Source of the DNA: an uncultured Gemmatimonadaceae bacterium
Lineage (GTDB): Bacteria; Gemmatimonadota; Gemmatimonadetes; Gemmatimonadales; Gemmatimonadaceae
Direction of reading: 5' to 3'
Length of the DNA: 64,000 nt
Assembly: GCA_963781585.1 (NCBI GenBank)
Contig: CAWAGQ010000001.1
Location: 33,492-97,491, forward strand
The stretch's first letter is position 1. Every line of letters begins with the position of its first letter. A program made the translations under genes and the position numbers. Of the stretch, positions 32,828 to 42,963 are shown in pieces. Below the pieces are notes generated by a model that searched no databases, was not told the DNA's origin, and saw only the letters and a list, made by a program, of their open reading frames with translations.

Positions 32828-34813
32828 CTACTCCGGCGGCGTCCGGGTGGGCGTTTGCGGCTGCGCCGGCCAGACGTTGTTGCGCGGGTCGATGTCGGGC
32901 AGCAGGTGCTCGGGGTCGATCTCGATCCGCGTCAGGCGCTTGCCCTCGAACACATACTGACGCACGTAGCGTTCGGGACGGGCCAGCCACGCCTCCACCG
33001 GATAGCGAACGTCCTCGGTGGTGCTGTCGGCAAAAGTGAATCGCACGATCAGCGGAAGCACACCGCGCTGGAGGTTCGCGTAGCGCACGGTGACCGAATC
33101 CCCGCCGCGTGACGCCACCACCGTGTCGATGGCCTGATCGAAGCGATAGTCGTCGATGAACCACTCGCGCCAGAACCAGTCGAGGCGCTTTCCGCCCACG
33201 TCCTCCATCGTCCGGAAAAAGTCGGCCGGGGTGGGATGCTTGTACGCCCACCGGCGGATGTAGGTGCGGAAGGCGTCGTCGAAGGCATCGGGCCCAAGGA
33301 CCTGGGTGCGCAGGATCTGGAGCCCGACCGACGGCTTGTAGTACTCCACGTAGCCCAGCAGCACCTGATTGATGCGGTCGCCGGGGACGTCGACCGTGAG
33401 GTCGACGTTGGCGCGCATCGCGAGCAAGACCTGATTCCGCTCCTCCGCCGCCCGCGCCATCTGATCCCCGTTCTGCGGATAACGGCGCGCCTCCGAGAAC
33501 GTGTTGATGAAGGTGTTGAGCCCTTCGTCCATCCAGAAGTGCAGCCGCTCGTTGGAGCCGACGATCATCGGGAACCAGTTATGCCCCACCTCGTGGGTAA
33601 TCACGTTGTACAGGTCGGGCTTGTCGTGGCCCTTCGCCTCCATGGCCACCATCGGGTACTCCATCCCGCTCACCGGCCCTTCGACGACCGTCACCTGCGG
33701 ATACGGATACGGGAACCATCGCTCCGAGTATTCCATGATGGACATGCGCGCCTGATCCGCGGCGTCCACCCAGGTGGTGTCGGCGCTGGGGCGGTAGTAC
33801 GCGTTGGCGATGATTCCTTTCCAGCTGGTGGCGTCCCACCGGTACTCGGGCGAGCAGGCCCACGCCACGTCACGCACGTTCTTCGCGCTGAACTTCCAGG
33901 TGGCCATTCCCGACTTCACGGGCCGCGCCGCGCCGCTCTGCAGATCGGCCGCCGACACGATCGGCACCACCGAATCGGCCTTCGCCGCGACGGCGAGTCG
34001 TGCCACCTCGGCGCTCGTCAACACCTCCTTCGGGTTGTCGAGCGTCCCGGTGCCGGCCACGATGTACCCGGCCGGGACGGTCACCTCATAATGGAAGTCG
34101 CCGTACTCGAGGTAGAATTCGGACTGCCCGAGGTAGGGGTCGGTGTTCCAGCCGCTCACATCGTCGTACACGGCCGCCCGTGGGTACCACTGGGCGAGCT
34201 CGTAGAGCGATCCGTCGCGTCCCATGCGGTCGGCGCCGTGCTCGGGGACGGCAAAGTGGTAGGCGATGTCGATCACGGCCACGCCCCGCGGCGGAAGGGG
34301 GTCCGCCAGATCGACCTTCATCATGGTGCCCTCGACCCGGTGCGGGGCGACCACCGATTTCGTCGTGGGCTTGGCGCCGGCCCGCGCACGCTCGGTGAGC
34401 ACCTGCTCCACGTGTTCCAGCTCGAGGCCGCCCTCGAATCCGCGGAAGCCGAACCGGGCGTTCTGGGGAAAGACGTAGGTCCCCAGCGCGTCGTGCCGGA
34501 AGGCGTTCTGCTCCACCTGGATCCAGAGAAACCGAAGGGTGTCGGGCGAGTTGTTGGTGTACCGCATGGTCACCCGCCCCGAGAGCGTGGTGGTCGCGGT
34601 ATCGAGCTGCGCGGTGATGGTGTAGTCGGCCCGGTTCTGCCAGTAGGCGTGGCCCGGGGCGCCGCTCGCCTCGCGGTATTCGTTAGGCGTTGCGAGGGGC
34701 AGGCGGGCGAAGACCGAGCTGTCACCCCCAACGCGTACCGGACGCTGGGCGCCGAGGATCGCGGGCACCACCGACAGCACGGCGAGAACACGAAGGGTCG
34801 GAAACGCAGACAT
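32828..34813 (-). CDS. Secreted M1-family metalloaminopeptidase
   Basis: Signal peptide, YWQNRADY, SGMEYP, HEVGHNWF..WMDEG zinc motif. Confidence 0.93.
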   Translation of the reverse strand: MSAFPTLRVLAVLSVVPAILGAQRPVRVGGDSSVFARLPLATPNEYREASGAPGHAYWQNRADYTITAQLDTATTTLSGRVTMRYTNNSPDTLRFLWIQVEQNAFRHDALGTYVFPQNARFGFRGFEGGLELEHVEQVLTERARAGAKPTTKSVVAPHRVEGTMMKVDLADPLPPRGVAVIDIAYHFAVPEHGADRMGRDGSLYELAQWYPRAAVYDDVSGWNTDPYLGQSEFYLEYGDFHYEVTVPAGYIVAGTGTLDNPKEVLTSAEVARLAVAAKADSVVPIVSAADLQSGAARPVKSGMATWKFSAKNVRDVAWACSPEYRWDATSWKGIIANAYYRPSADTTWVDAADQARMSIMEYSERWFPYPYPQVTVVEGPVSGMEYPMVAMEAKGHDKPDLYNVITHEVGHNWFPMIVGSNERLHFWMDEGLNTFINTFSEARRYPQNGDQMARAAEERNQVLLAMRANVDLTVDVPGDRINQVLLGYVEYYKPSVGLQILRTQVLGPDAFDDAFRTYIRRWAYKHPTPADFFRTMEDVGGKRLDWFWREWFIDDYRFDQAIDTVVASRGGDSVTVRYANLQRGVLPLIVRFTFADSTTEDVRYPVEAWLARPERYVRQYVFEGKRLTRIEIDPEHLLPDIDPRNNVWPAQPQTPTRTPPE

Positions 34814-34983
34814 TGGTCAGCAGGAAAGAGGAGCCAGCAGGGACCGCGCGTGCAGGCAGCGCGAGGGATACGAGAATGCGGTGGACGAGCGAAGTCCGCC
34901 AGCGGGGCCGGACTCACGCCAGACGATTCCGGCGTCGATCGGCGCCGGACCGGATGATACCCACCAGGCCGCCGGCGGTGGCA

Positions 34984-36021
34984 TCACGCGTCCAGGGCGA
35001 GCACCGCGAACGTCGCCAGCCAGTGCTCTCCCATGTAGTCACCGGCTACGTGCGGGAGGCTGGCGGCGAGGTGAAGGTCGGCGGCGTCGAGCGCGCGGCC
35101 ACGCCGCGCGTCGGAGCCGCGCATCGTCCGCGCGATCGAGCGCCAGCACCAGGCCCGGCTCAGATTCAGACCGTCGAGGTGGGCGATCTTGCCGTCGCCG
35201 CGGTCGCTCACGTGCGCCGGCACGAACAACGTCACCGGCTTGCCTTGCCCGATGCGGGGAAGGAAACGCCTGAGCCAGGCGTCGTAGGCGACCGGCGTCA
35301 GACTGCGCCGCATGCACTCCGCCTCGATCAGCGCCGGTGAGAGAAAGTCGTCGCCACCGGGCTCCCAGCACTGACAGTCGGTGTCATTGGCGTACCACGC
35401 GCCGGCCTTCTCCCGGAGCAGACCGGTGAAGCCCGGGTCGTCCACCGCTGCCGCGTAGTCCAGCGCCAGCGTGAGGGCGAACGCGCTGTTGAAGTGCGTG
35501 CCCGCGCGGATCGGATACGTGGCTTTGGGCAGGAATGTGCGAAACCGCCAGACAAATTCAGCGGCCAGGGGCTGAAGGGCCGCCGCCCAGCGCCGTCCCT
35601 CGCTGCTCTCGTGCCGGGCCAGCTCGCCGGCAAGCATGAGCAGCCACGCCCACCCGTAGGGCCGCTCGAATCCGGCACGCGACGGTTGTGAGAGATATGA
35701 CAGCTCGCCCGCAACGCGATCGTCGGTGAACTGCCGGTCGAGCAGGTCGCGGATGCGTGGCGCGTCGGGAAGTGACGGGAACCTCCGGTAGAGGTTCGCC
35801 AGCATCCAATGGCCATGCACGCACGAGTGCCAGTCGAAGCTCCCGTGGAAGATTGGATGCAACTCGCCGGGACTGCGGACGTCTTCCGGACCGTTCAGGA
35901 CGTGGTCGAGCTTGTTCGGGTACTCGCGCGTGACGTGCGCGAGCGCAAGCGCTGCGAAGCGAGAGGCGAGCGATTCGGTCAGCCCGCCTCCGGTCGGCGC
36001 CGGAACGGCTTCGCGCGGCAT
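34984..36021 (-). CDS. DUF2891-family protein
   Basis: EYPNK, HPIFHGSFDWHSCVHGHW, FERPYGWAW, HLDGLNLSRAW and YMGEHWLATFA; ATG at 36021. Confidence 0.88.
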   Translation of the reverse strand: MPREAVPAPTGGGLTESLASRFAALALAHVTREYPNKLDHVLNGPEDVRSPGELHPIFHGSFDWHSCVHGHWMLANLYRRFPSLPDAPRIRDLLDRQFTDDRVAGELSYLSQPSRAGFERPYGWAWLLMLAGELARHESSEGRRWAAALQPLAAEFVWRFRTFLPKATYPIRAGTHFNSAFALTLALDYAAAVDDPGFTGLLREKAGAWYANDTDCQCWEPGGDDFLSPALIEAECMRRSLTPVAYDAWLRRFLPRIGQGKPVTLFVPAHVSDRGDGKIAHLDGLNLSRAWCWRSIARTMRGSDARRGRALDAADLHLAASLPHVAGDYMGEHWLATFAVLALDA

Positions 36022-36023
36022 GG

Positions 36024-36980
36024 TCAGAAGCGAAAGACGAGGAAGTACATCAGCAGTGTGTTGGCAATCAGGAGTGGAATGCCCGTCGGAATTTGTACCT
36101 TGATCACCGCGTGCTGGTCGGGCAGCTCGAGCAGCGCGGCCGGGACGATGTTGAAGTTGGCGGCCATGGGCGTCATCAGGGTGCCGCAGTACCCGGAGAG
36201 CATGCCTATCGCGGCCATGATGGCGGGGTCTCCGCCGAATCGCTGCACGATGAGCGGCAGCCCGATGCCTGCCGTCATGACGGGAAACGCGGCGAACGCG
36301 TTCCCCATGATGATCGTAAACAGCGCCATTCCGACCGTGTAGGTCGCCACCGCCACGATCGCGGTGTCGAGCGGGATCCACCGGTTCACCAGGGTGGAGA
36401 TCACGCCGCCCACACCCGCGATGGCGAACAGCGCGCCAAGGGCCGCCAGCATCTGCGGGAGGACCGCCGCCCATCCCACCGAATCCATGAGCCGGCGCGC
36501 CTCCTGGATCGGCGCCCGCCATGGAGCGCGCAGCATCGCCATGCCGACGACGAGGGCAACGATCGTGGCGATGCCGAGTGAAATCACGGTCACCTGTCCG
36601 GCCTCGATCAGCGGAACGTCGCCGATACGGATCCGCTTGAGGACGGTCGTGCCGAACAAGGTCACTGCGGGAATGAGGAGGGCCGGAACGAACAACCTGT
36701 TGCCCAGACGGAGGGCGCTGGCTTCACGCGCCTCGCGCGACACCGACTCCGGTCCGCCGCGCCCGAGTCCGCGCACGCTCGAGACGAGCACCATGCCGAT
36801 CACCAGGACGCCATTGGTGAAATCCGACAGGTGGCTGCCGAAGAGAAACGTGGCGCCGTAGAGCCCCCAGAAGGCGGCCTTGTTGACGCGTCGCGGATCG
36901 CCGCGGTCGAGCAGGTTCGCCAGGGAAATGCCGGCGAGCATCAGGCCCATCAGCAGGTAGATCGCCTCGAGCCCGATCAT
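36024..36980 (-). CDS. DUF979-family membrane protein (putative 5-oxoproline transporter subunit)
   Basis: GMALFTIIMGNAFAAFPV and GYCGTLMTPMAANFNIVPAALLEL. Confidence 0.9.
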   Translation of the reverse strand: MIGLEAIYLLMGLMLAGISLANLLDRGDPRRVNKAAFWGLYGATFLFGSHLSDFTNGVLVIGMVLVSSVRGLGRGGPESVSREAREASALRLGNRLFVPALLIPAVTLFGTTVLKRIRIGDVPLIEAGQVTVISLGIATIVALVVGMAMLRAPWRAPIQEARRLMDSVGWAAVLPQMLAALGALFAIAGVGGVISTLVNRWIPLDTAIVAVATYTVGMALFTIIMGNAFAAFPVMTAGIGLPLIVQRFGGDPAIMAAIGMLSGYCGTLMTPMAANFNIVPAALLELPDQHAVIKVQIPTGIPLLIANTLLMYFLVFRF

Positions 36981-37747
36981 TCTCCGGCTGCGTCAGAGGC
37001 GGGGGCTGCGGTGTGGTTCGCCGGCGCCGCCGGTCGCGCCGGGCCGTTGTCCGGTGCCACGGTCGGGGCCGGCAACGTCGTAAGTTCCCGCCGCAGACTC
37101 CGGTCGAGCGCTACCAGGCGAAGAAAGTGAATCGCCAGGGCGCACGCGGCTGTCGGAATCGACCAGGCGGCCAGGGTGGTCGGCGCCACGTCGATGCCAT
37201 TCTGCGCGAGGAATCCTTGGATGAGCAGAATCGAGCCGATGGCAATGAAGATGTCCTCGCCGAAGAAGACCGCCACGTTGTCCACGGCCGCCGCATGCGC
37301 GCGGATGCGATGGCGCGTTGCATCCGGAATCTCGCCGAACCGATTCTCGGCGGCCCCCTCGGCCATCGGCGCGATCAGGGGTCGGACCATCTGGGCGTGA
37401 CCGCCTAACGACGTCAGCCCCAGCGCGGCGGTGGTCTGGCGCAGTGCGAAGTACATGATCAGCACACGCCCGGTGGTCGCGGCATGCACCCGCGCGATCA
37501 GCGCCCGCGCGCGCTCCTTGAGCCCGCTCCGCTCGAGGAGTCCGATGACCGGGAGCACCAGCCAGACAATCCCGACGAAGCGATTGGCGGTGAACCCCCG
37601 GCCGAAGTCGGCGACCAGCGCGTGCGGACTCAGCCCGGCGGCAAGCCCGGTGGCAATGCCTGCGCACGTCACCACCAGCAGCGCGTTCAGCCGGAGCGCG
37701 AAGCCGATGACGACGACAAGAACCCCGATCAGCGGAAGGAGCGACAC
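36977..37747 (-). CDS. DUF969-family membrane protein
   Basis: LPVIGLLERSGLKE, LGGHAQMVRPLIAPMAEGA, FFGEDIFIA; ATGA overlap with the DUF979 gene. Confidence 0.9.
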   Translation of the reverse strand: MSLLPLIGVLVVVIGFALRLNALLVVTCAGIATGLAAGLSPHALVADFGRGFTANRFVGIVWLVLPVIGLLERSGLKERARALIARVHAATTGRVLIMYFALRQTTAALGLTSLGGHAQMVRPLIAPMAEGAAENRFGEIPDATRHRIRAHAAAVDNVAVFFGEDIFIAIGSILLIQGFLAQNGIDVAPTTLAAWSIPTAACALAIHFLRLVALDRSLRRELTTLPAPTVAPDNGPARPAAPANHTAAPASDAAGE

Positions 37748-37769
37748 GGCGGATGCGAAGCGCGCCGCG

Positions 37770-40700
37770 TCAGCGCTCGTTGAGCCAGCGGTCCTCGAGG
37801 ACCTCCACCGTCTTCGTGTAGTCGCGTCCGCCCACGGTGAGCTTCACCAGATAGGTGCCGGCCGCGACCGTGCTGCCCCCGCCTCCCCGTCCGCCGGCAG
37901 TGCCCGCGCAGCCGGTGTCTGGCGCGTTGCCTCCGCGCCCGCCGCCGCCGCCGCCCCCGGCGGCTTCAGCTGCGGCGCCGGCCCCGCCGCCACCGCCCCC
38001 GCCGCCACCACCGCCAGCGCCGCCCGCGCCACCGCCGCGACCGCCACGACCACCGCCGGCCGTGAGGGGCGCGATCAGGGTCCACTGCATCCGATGGATG
38101 CCGGGCGTCGCGGGACCGTCGGAGGTGCACAGCGTGCGGCCGCGCACGTCGATGATCGACACCTTCGCGGGGCCCGGCGCCGCTGCCTTCAGGTAGTACT
38201 GGATCGCGGCGCCCTTGGGTGGATTCTCGCCCTCGAACGCCTTGTCCCCGCCGGTGAACACATCACCGCGATAGTCGAACACGTACGCGATCGCGGGCCG
38301 GATGTCGAACAACACCACATCCTGCGACGCCACCGCGGGCGTGAACTCCTGGAGCGGGGTGATGTCGTCGGCGATCCAGAGGCTTCGTCCGTGCGAGGCG
38401 ACGATCAGGTCCCCGTCCCGCGGGTGCACGAGAATGTCGTCAGTGCGGACCGTGGGATAGCCGTTCATGAACCTGTCCCAGTGTTTCCCCGCGTCGAGCG
38501 ATACGAACAGGCCGAACTCGGTGCCCGCATACAACAGGTCGCGGTTCTTGGGATCTTCGCGGACGACCTGGACGTTGCCGTATTCCGGAAGATTACCGGA
38601 GACGCTCGCGAAGGTGTTGCCGTAGTCGTGGGTGACGAAGATGTAGGGGTGCAGATCGTCGGAGCGGTGTCCGTCCACGGCGACGTAGGCGCCGCCGGCC
38701 TCGAAGTGGGACGCCTCGATGCGCGAGATCCAGTAGGGGCTCGATCCGGTGAGTGCGCCGGCGGGCAGGCCGGCAAGGTGCGCGCCGACCTCGGTGAACG
38801 ACGCGCCGCCGTCCCGGCTCGCCTGGAGCAGGCCATCGTCGGTACCCGCCCAGATCACGTCCGGCATGACCGGCGATTCGGAGATCGCGGTGATGGTGCT
38901 GTAGGCGCTGACGCCGTCGTTCTTCGACAGCTGTGGCTTGGTCCCCGCCACGCCCATCAGGTCCACCGAACAGCGGTCCACCTGCCTGGTGAGGTCTGCG
39001 CTGGCCACCCAGGTGTTCCCCTGATCGTACGACTTGAAGAGACGATTGCCGCCTAACCACACGATGTGCGGGTTGTGCGGCGAGAGCATCAACGGGGTGT
39101 TCCAGTTGAACCGGTAGCTGTCGCCCGGTTCGGCATTGATGACGTTAGGCTGGCCGCCTCCGCGCCCGCCGCCACCGCCCCCTCCACCGCGCCCGCCGCC
39201 GCCGGCCGCGATGATCCGGCCATCCACGCAGCTCCCGGCCTCCGGAACCGCGCCGCCACCCGCAACCGCGCCCCCACCCGCGCCTCCGCCCCGCGCCCCA
39301 CCGCGACCGGCGGACGGCGCAACCGGACGAATGGTCTGCTGGTGACCGGTACGGAGATCGGTACGCACGACGTTGCCGTCCTGCGACTCGGAGTACACAA
39401 GTCCCACCTGCGACGGATCGGCCGCGGTCTGGAAGCCGTCGCCTCCGCTCAGGTGATACCAATCCTGGCTCCGAATGCCGATGCGCCCACGGGTCGCGCT
39501 CGGCCCGCCCCAGCTGTCGTTGTCCTGGAGGCCCGCGAAGACGTGATAGGGATGACCCATGTCGGCCGACACCCAGTAGGCAAGCGCGGTAGCCATGATG
39601 TGCACGTATTCCCAGGTCTCGCCCTGATCCCAGCTCACGGCGAGGCCGGCATCGCTCCCCCGCAGCAGGTGATCCGGGTTGCGCGGGTCGATCCAGAAGG
39701 CGTGGTTGTCCTCGGTCTCGTTGTCGAAGCCGCTTCCACGATCCATCGTGGCGAACGTCTTCCCGCCGTCGGTCGACTTCGACACGCGCACGCCGCCGAC
39801 GTAGATCCGCTGGTCGCTCGAGGGGTCGACACGCAGCTGGCTGAAGTAGAGCGGACGCGAATTGCAGTTGCTCACCACCTGCCACGACCGACCCCGATTG
39901 TCGGAGCGATACAGGCCCGAGCGGTCGGCATCGACCTTCGGTGGCTCGCGGGTCGTGTCGCTGCCGGCCGCGCCGCCGCGTCCCCCGAAGCCACGGCCAG
40001 GCCCGCCGTTGTTGCACCAGTCGTAGCCGCCGCGACCGCCGAAGCCCGCGCCGCCACCGGCCGCGGCCTCGGCGCCGCCGTCGGTCTCGATCTGCGCGTA
40101 CACCACGTTCGGGTTCGACTGCGACACGTCGAGCGCGATGCGACCGTACGTGCCCTCCGGGAGCCCGCTGCCGGTGAGTCGAGTCCAGTTCTTCCCACCA
40201 TCCTCGGTCTTCCAGAGGGCGCTTCCCGGGCCGCCGCCGTTGAAGCAGCAGCTGCTGCGGCGCCGCTGGTAGCTCGCGGCGTACAGCACGTTCGGATTCG
40301 AGGGGTCGAGCGCGATATCCGTGAAGCCGGTGTTCTCATCCACGTACTTCACCTTGTTCCACGACCTTCCGCCGTCGGTCGACTTGAACACGCCGCGATC
40401 GGGGCTCGGTCCGAACAAGTGGCCCGGTGCCGCGACGTAGACCGTCTCAGGATGCTTCGGATCGATCACGATCCGCCCGATCGTCTGCGTCTCGCGGAGT
40501 CCCACCTGGGTGAACGTCTTTCCGCCATCAGTCGACTTGTAGATGCCATCGCCGAACGACGACGTCTGGCGGTTGTTGGGTTCGCCGGTGCCCACGTAGA
40601 CGACGTTCGGATTCGTGGGGTCGATGGCGATGTCGCCGACGGACGCCGAGCTGTAGGTCTCGAAGACCGGCTCGAAGGTGGTCCCGTTGTTCACCGACCT

Positions 40701-40934
40701 GAAGACGCCACCCGTGGCATATCCGATGTAGATGACGTTGGGATTCGACGCGGCGACCGCGATGTCGTCGATCCTGCCTCCCATGCTCGCTGGTCCGATC
40801 GAGCGGAAACGAAAGCCGTCGAGCAGCGGGTTCGTGGATTGGTTGACGACGACCGAGTCGTGGCGCCAGACGTTGCCCTGGGCGAGTGCAGTCGACGTCG
40901 AACACACGAGAATGAGAAGCGATCGGGCGCGCAC
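37770..40934 (-). CDS. Secreted BNR/Asp-box (VPS10/sortilin-like propeller) protein with Gly-rich inserts
   Basis: FRSIGPASMGGRI, repeated SxDGGxTW/F boxes, GLQDN, GGDGF, YRFNWNTP, SHGRSLWI; likely GTG start at 40934 with signal peptide. Confidence 0.88.
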   Translation of the reverse strand: MRARSLLILVCSTSTALAQGNVWRHDSVVVNQSTNPLLDGFRFRSIGPASMGGRIDDIAVAASNPNVIYIGYATGGVFRSVNNGTTFEPVFETYSSASVGDIAIDPTNPNVVYVGTGEPNNRQTSSFGDGIYKSTDGGKTFTQVGLRETQTIGRIVIDPKHPETVYVAAPGHLFGPSPDRGVFKSTDGGRSWNKVKYVDENTGFTDIALDPSNPNVLYAASYQRRRSSCCFNGGGPGSALWKTEDGGKNWTRLTGSGLPEGTYGRIALDVSQSNPNVVYAQIETDGGAEAAAGGGAGFGGRGGYDWCNNGGPGRGFGGRGGAAGSDTTREPPKVDADRSGLYRSDNRGRSWQVVSNCNSRPLYFSQLRVDPSSDQRIYVGGVRVSKSTDGGKTFATMDRGSGFDNETEDNHAFWIDPRNPDHLLRGSDAGLAVSWDQGETWEYVHIMATALAYWVSADMGHPYHVFAGLQDNDSWGGPSATRGRIGIRSQDWYHLSGGDGFQTAADPSQVGLVYSESQDGNVVRTDLRTGHQQTIRPVAPSAGRGGARGGGAGGGAVAGGGAVPEAGSCVDGRIIAAGGGGRGGGGGGGGRGGGQPNVINAEPGDSYRFNWNTPLMLSPHNPHIVWLGGNRLFKSYDQGNTWVASADLTRQVDRCSVDLMGVAGTKPQLSKNDGVSAYSTITAISESPVMPDVIWAGTDDGLLQASRDGGASFTEVGAHLAGLPAGALTGSSPYWISRIEASHFEAGGAYVAVDGHRSDDLHPYIFVTHDYGNTFASVSGNLPEYGNVQVVREDPKNRDLLYAGTEFGLFVSLDAGKHWDRFMNGYPTVRTDDILVHPRDGDLIVASHGRSLWIADDITPLQEFTPAVASQDVVLFDIRPAIAYVFDYRGDVFTGGDKAFEGENPPKGAAIQYYLKAAAPGPAKVSIIDVRGRTLCTSDGPATPGIHRMQWTLIAPLTAGGGRGGRGGGAGGAGGGGGGGGGGGAGAAAEAAGGGGGGGRGGNAPDTGCAGTAGGRGGGGSTVAAGTYLVKLTVGGRDYTKTVEVLEDRWLNER

Positions 40935-41002
40935 GGAGTTCTCCGGGGAGGAAGCGAGAGGCGAATAGGGTACGCTGGGGGAGGGCCACTGGCCATAGGG
41001 GC

Positions 41003-41058
41003 AAAGGCCAAAGGTCACAGGCCAAGGGTCAGAGGCCGAAGGTCAAAGGCCAAAGGGT
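41003..41058. repeat. Heptamer tandem array alternating AAAGGCC/AAAGGTC (8 units)
   Basis: AAAGGCC AAAGGTC ACAGGCC AAGGGTC AGAGGCC GAAGGTC AAAGGCC AAAGGGT. Confidence 0.85.
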
Positions 41059-41133
41059 CGCTTGCCTTGCTCCGACGCTGGCGCGCCGCAAATTGGCCAG
41101 ATGCCCTCAAACCATTCCGCACGACCGTCGCGC

Positions 41134-42612
41134 ATGAGCCAGCGGGCCGCTGGTACGCCAGCACCGCGACTCATCGCGGTTGTGCTCTCCATGCTCGTGG
41201 CACAGCTGCCCGGGATCCCGACAGCGCACGCGCAAGGCGCGCCCGTGTACGTCCCCGAGACCGATTCGCTGGTCGTGCGCAAGCTGGCGCGGTGGCAGGA
41301 CCTGAAGCTCGGGCTGCTGATGCACTGGGGGACGTATTCGCAGTGGGGAATCGTCGAGTCCTGGTCGCTCTGTTCCGAGGATGAGCCGTGGTGCCGCCGG
41401 TCGATGGACGACTATGGCGAATACAAGAAGGCATACGAAGCGCTCCAGACGACCTTCAACCCCGTGAAGTTCGACCCGGAGCGCTGGGCCCGGGCGGCCG
41501 CCGACGCGGGCATGAAGTACGTGGTGTTCACCACCAAGCACCACGACGGGTTCAGCATGTTCGACACGAAGCAGACAGACTACCGCATCACCTCGCCCAG
41601 GACGCCGTTCCACACCAACCCGCACGCCGACGTCACGCGCGCCATCTTCGACGCCTTTCGCGCGCGCGGGTTCATGATCGGGGCGTACTTCTCCAAGCCC
41701 GATTGGCACAGCCCGGATTACTGGTGGCAGTACTTTGCCACGCCCGATCGCAACCCGAACTACGATCTGAAGAAGTATCCCGAACGCTGGGCGCGCTTCG
41801 TGGCGTTCACGCACGCGCAGATCGGGGAACTGATGTCGAACTACGGGCCGGTCGACATTCTCTGGCTCGACGGCGGCTGGGTGCGGATCCGCAGCGACCA
41901 GGAGATCCGGGCCGAGATGAACGCGCCGGACTACAAGTTCATGCATCTGCAGAGCCAGGACATCGACATGCCCGGACTGGTCGCCGACGCGCGGAGCCTG
42001 CAGCCGGGGCTGATCGTGGTGGACCGCGCCGTGCCCGGCCCGTACCAGGACTACCTCACGCCCGAAGCACGCGTCCCGGACCGGGCGCTCCCGTATCCGT
42101 GGGAGGTGCCGATGCCGATGGCACGGAGCTGGTCCTACGTGCCGAACGACGTGTACAAGTCGCCCCGGACGCTGATCCAGATGCTGGTCGATGTCGTCTC
42201 GAAGGGCGGGAACCTGCTGCTCAACATCGGCCCCGGACCCGACGGAACGTGGGCCGATGCGGCGTATGATCGCCTGGCCGCGCTCGGCGCCTGGATGAAG
42301 GTGAATGGGGAGGCGATCTACGACACGCGCCCGATTGCCCCGTACGCCGACGGGAAGCTCCGGCTCACCCAGGGAAAGGACAGCGCCGTGTATGCGATCT
42401 ACCTGCCTGACGAGGGAGAGACAGCGCTGCCGCAGTACCTCACGGCGTCGCGGATCGCGCCGGCAGCCGGTGCCACGGTCACGCTCCTGGGATCCGTCCG
42501 GCCGATCCGCTGGGAGCGCTCCGGGAGCGGCTTCGTGGCTCGCATCCCTCCCGGGCTCAGCCCACCGAACGCGGACGCCTGGGTGTTCCGTATCTCGCGG
42601 CTGGCGCGGTAG
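41134..42612 (+). CDS. Secreted alpha-L-fucosidase (GH29)
   Basis: LLMHWG, FNPVKFDP, TTKHHDGF, ILWLDGGW, GGNLLLNIGP, NGEAIY; signal peptide. Start could be 41101. Confidence 0.94.
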   Translation: MSQRAAGTPAPRLIAVVLSMLVAQLPGIPTAHAQGAPVYVPETDSLVVRKLARWQDLKLGLLMHWGTYSQWGIVESWSLCSEDEPWCRRSMDDYGEYKKAYEALQTTFNPVKFDPERWARAAADAGMKYVVFTTKHHDGFSMFDTKQTDYRITSPRTPFHTNPHADVTRAIFDAFRARGFMIGAYFSKPDWHSPDYWWQYFATPDRNPNYDLKKYPERWARFVAFTHAQIGELMSNYGPVDILWLDGGWVRIRSDQEIRAEMNAPDYKFMHLQSQDIDMPGLVADARSLQPGLIVVDRAVPGPYQDYLTPEARVPDRALPYPWEVPMPMARSWSYVPNDVYKSPRTLIQMLVDVVSKGGNLLLNIGPGPDGTWADAAYDRLAALGAWMKVNGEAIYDTRPIAPYADGKLRLTQGKDSAVYAIYLPDEGETALPQYLTASRIAPAAGATVTLLGSVRPIRWERSGSGFVARIPPGLSPPNADAWVFRISRLAR

Positions 42613-42963
42613 AGCGCCGGACGTTCGGCGCAGCAACGACGCGGGAGCCCGGTACCCCACCGAGGACCCGCGTCGCCTGCTCAGGTGCTCATCGTGCCTT
42701 CAGGCTGCTACCGCTGTGCCAGACTGCTCAGGTCTTGCGGAGTCAGACACACAACCCCGCGCGACCCCCTGACACGGGGACGGCAAGCCAGTGCCACCCT
42801 CGACGACGCCTGACCCGGGTGGCGGTCGCGAGGGCCACAGTCGGTGATGCCTGACGCGAAATTAACGCCGGCCCTGTCGGAGACGTCCGACAGGCTGCCA
42901 GCTCAGGTCTCTTCGTCAATCGAGTTCGTTCACCAGTACCTCATTTGATGGGGAGGATGTCAC

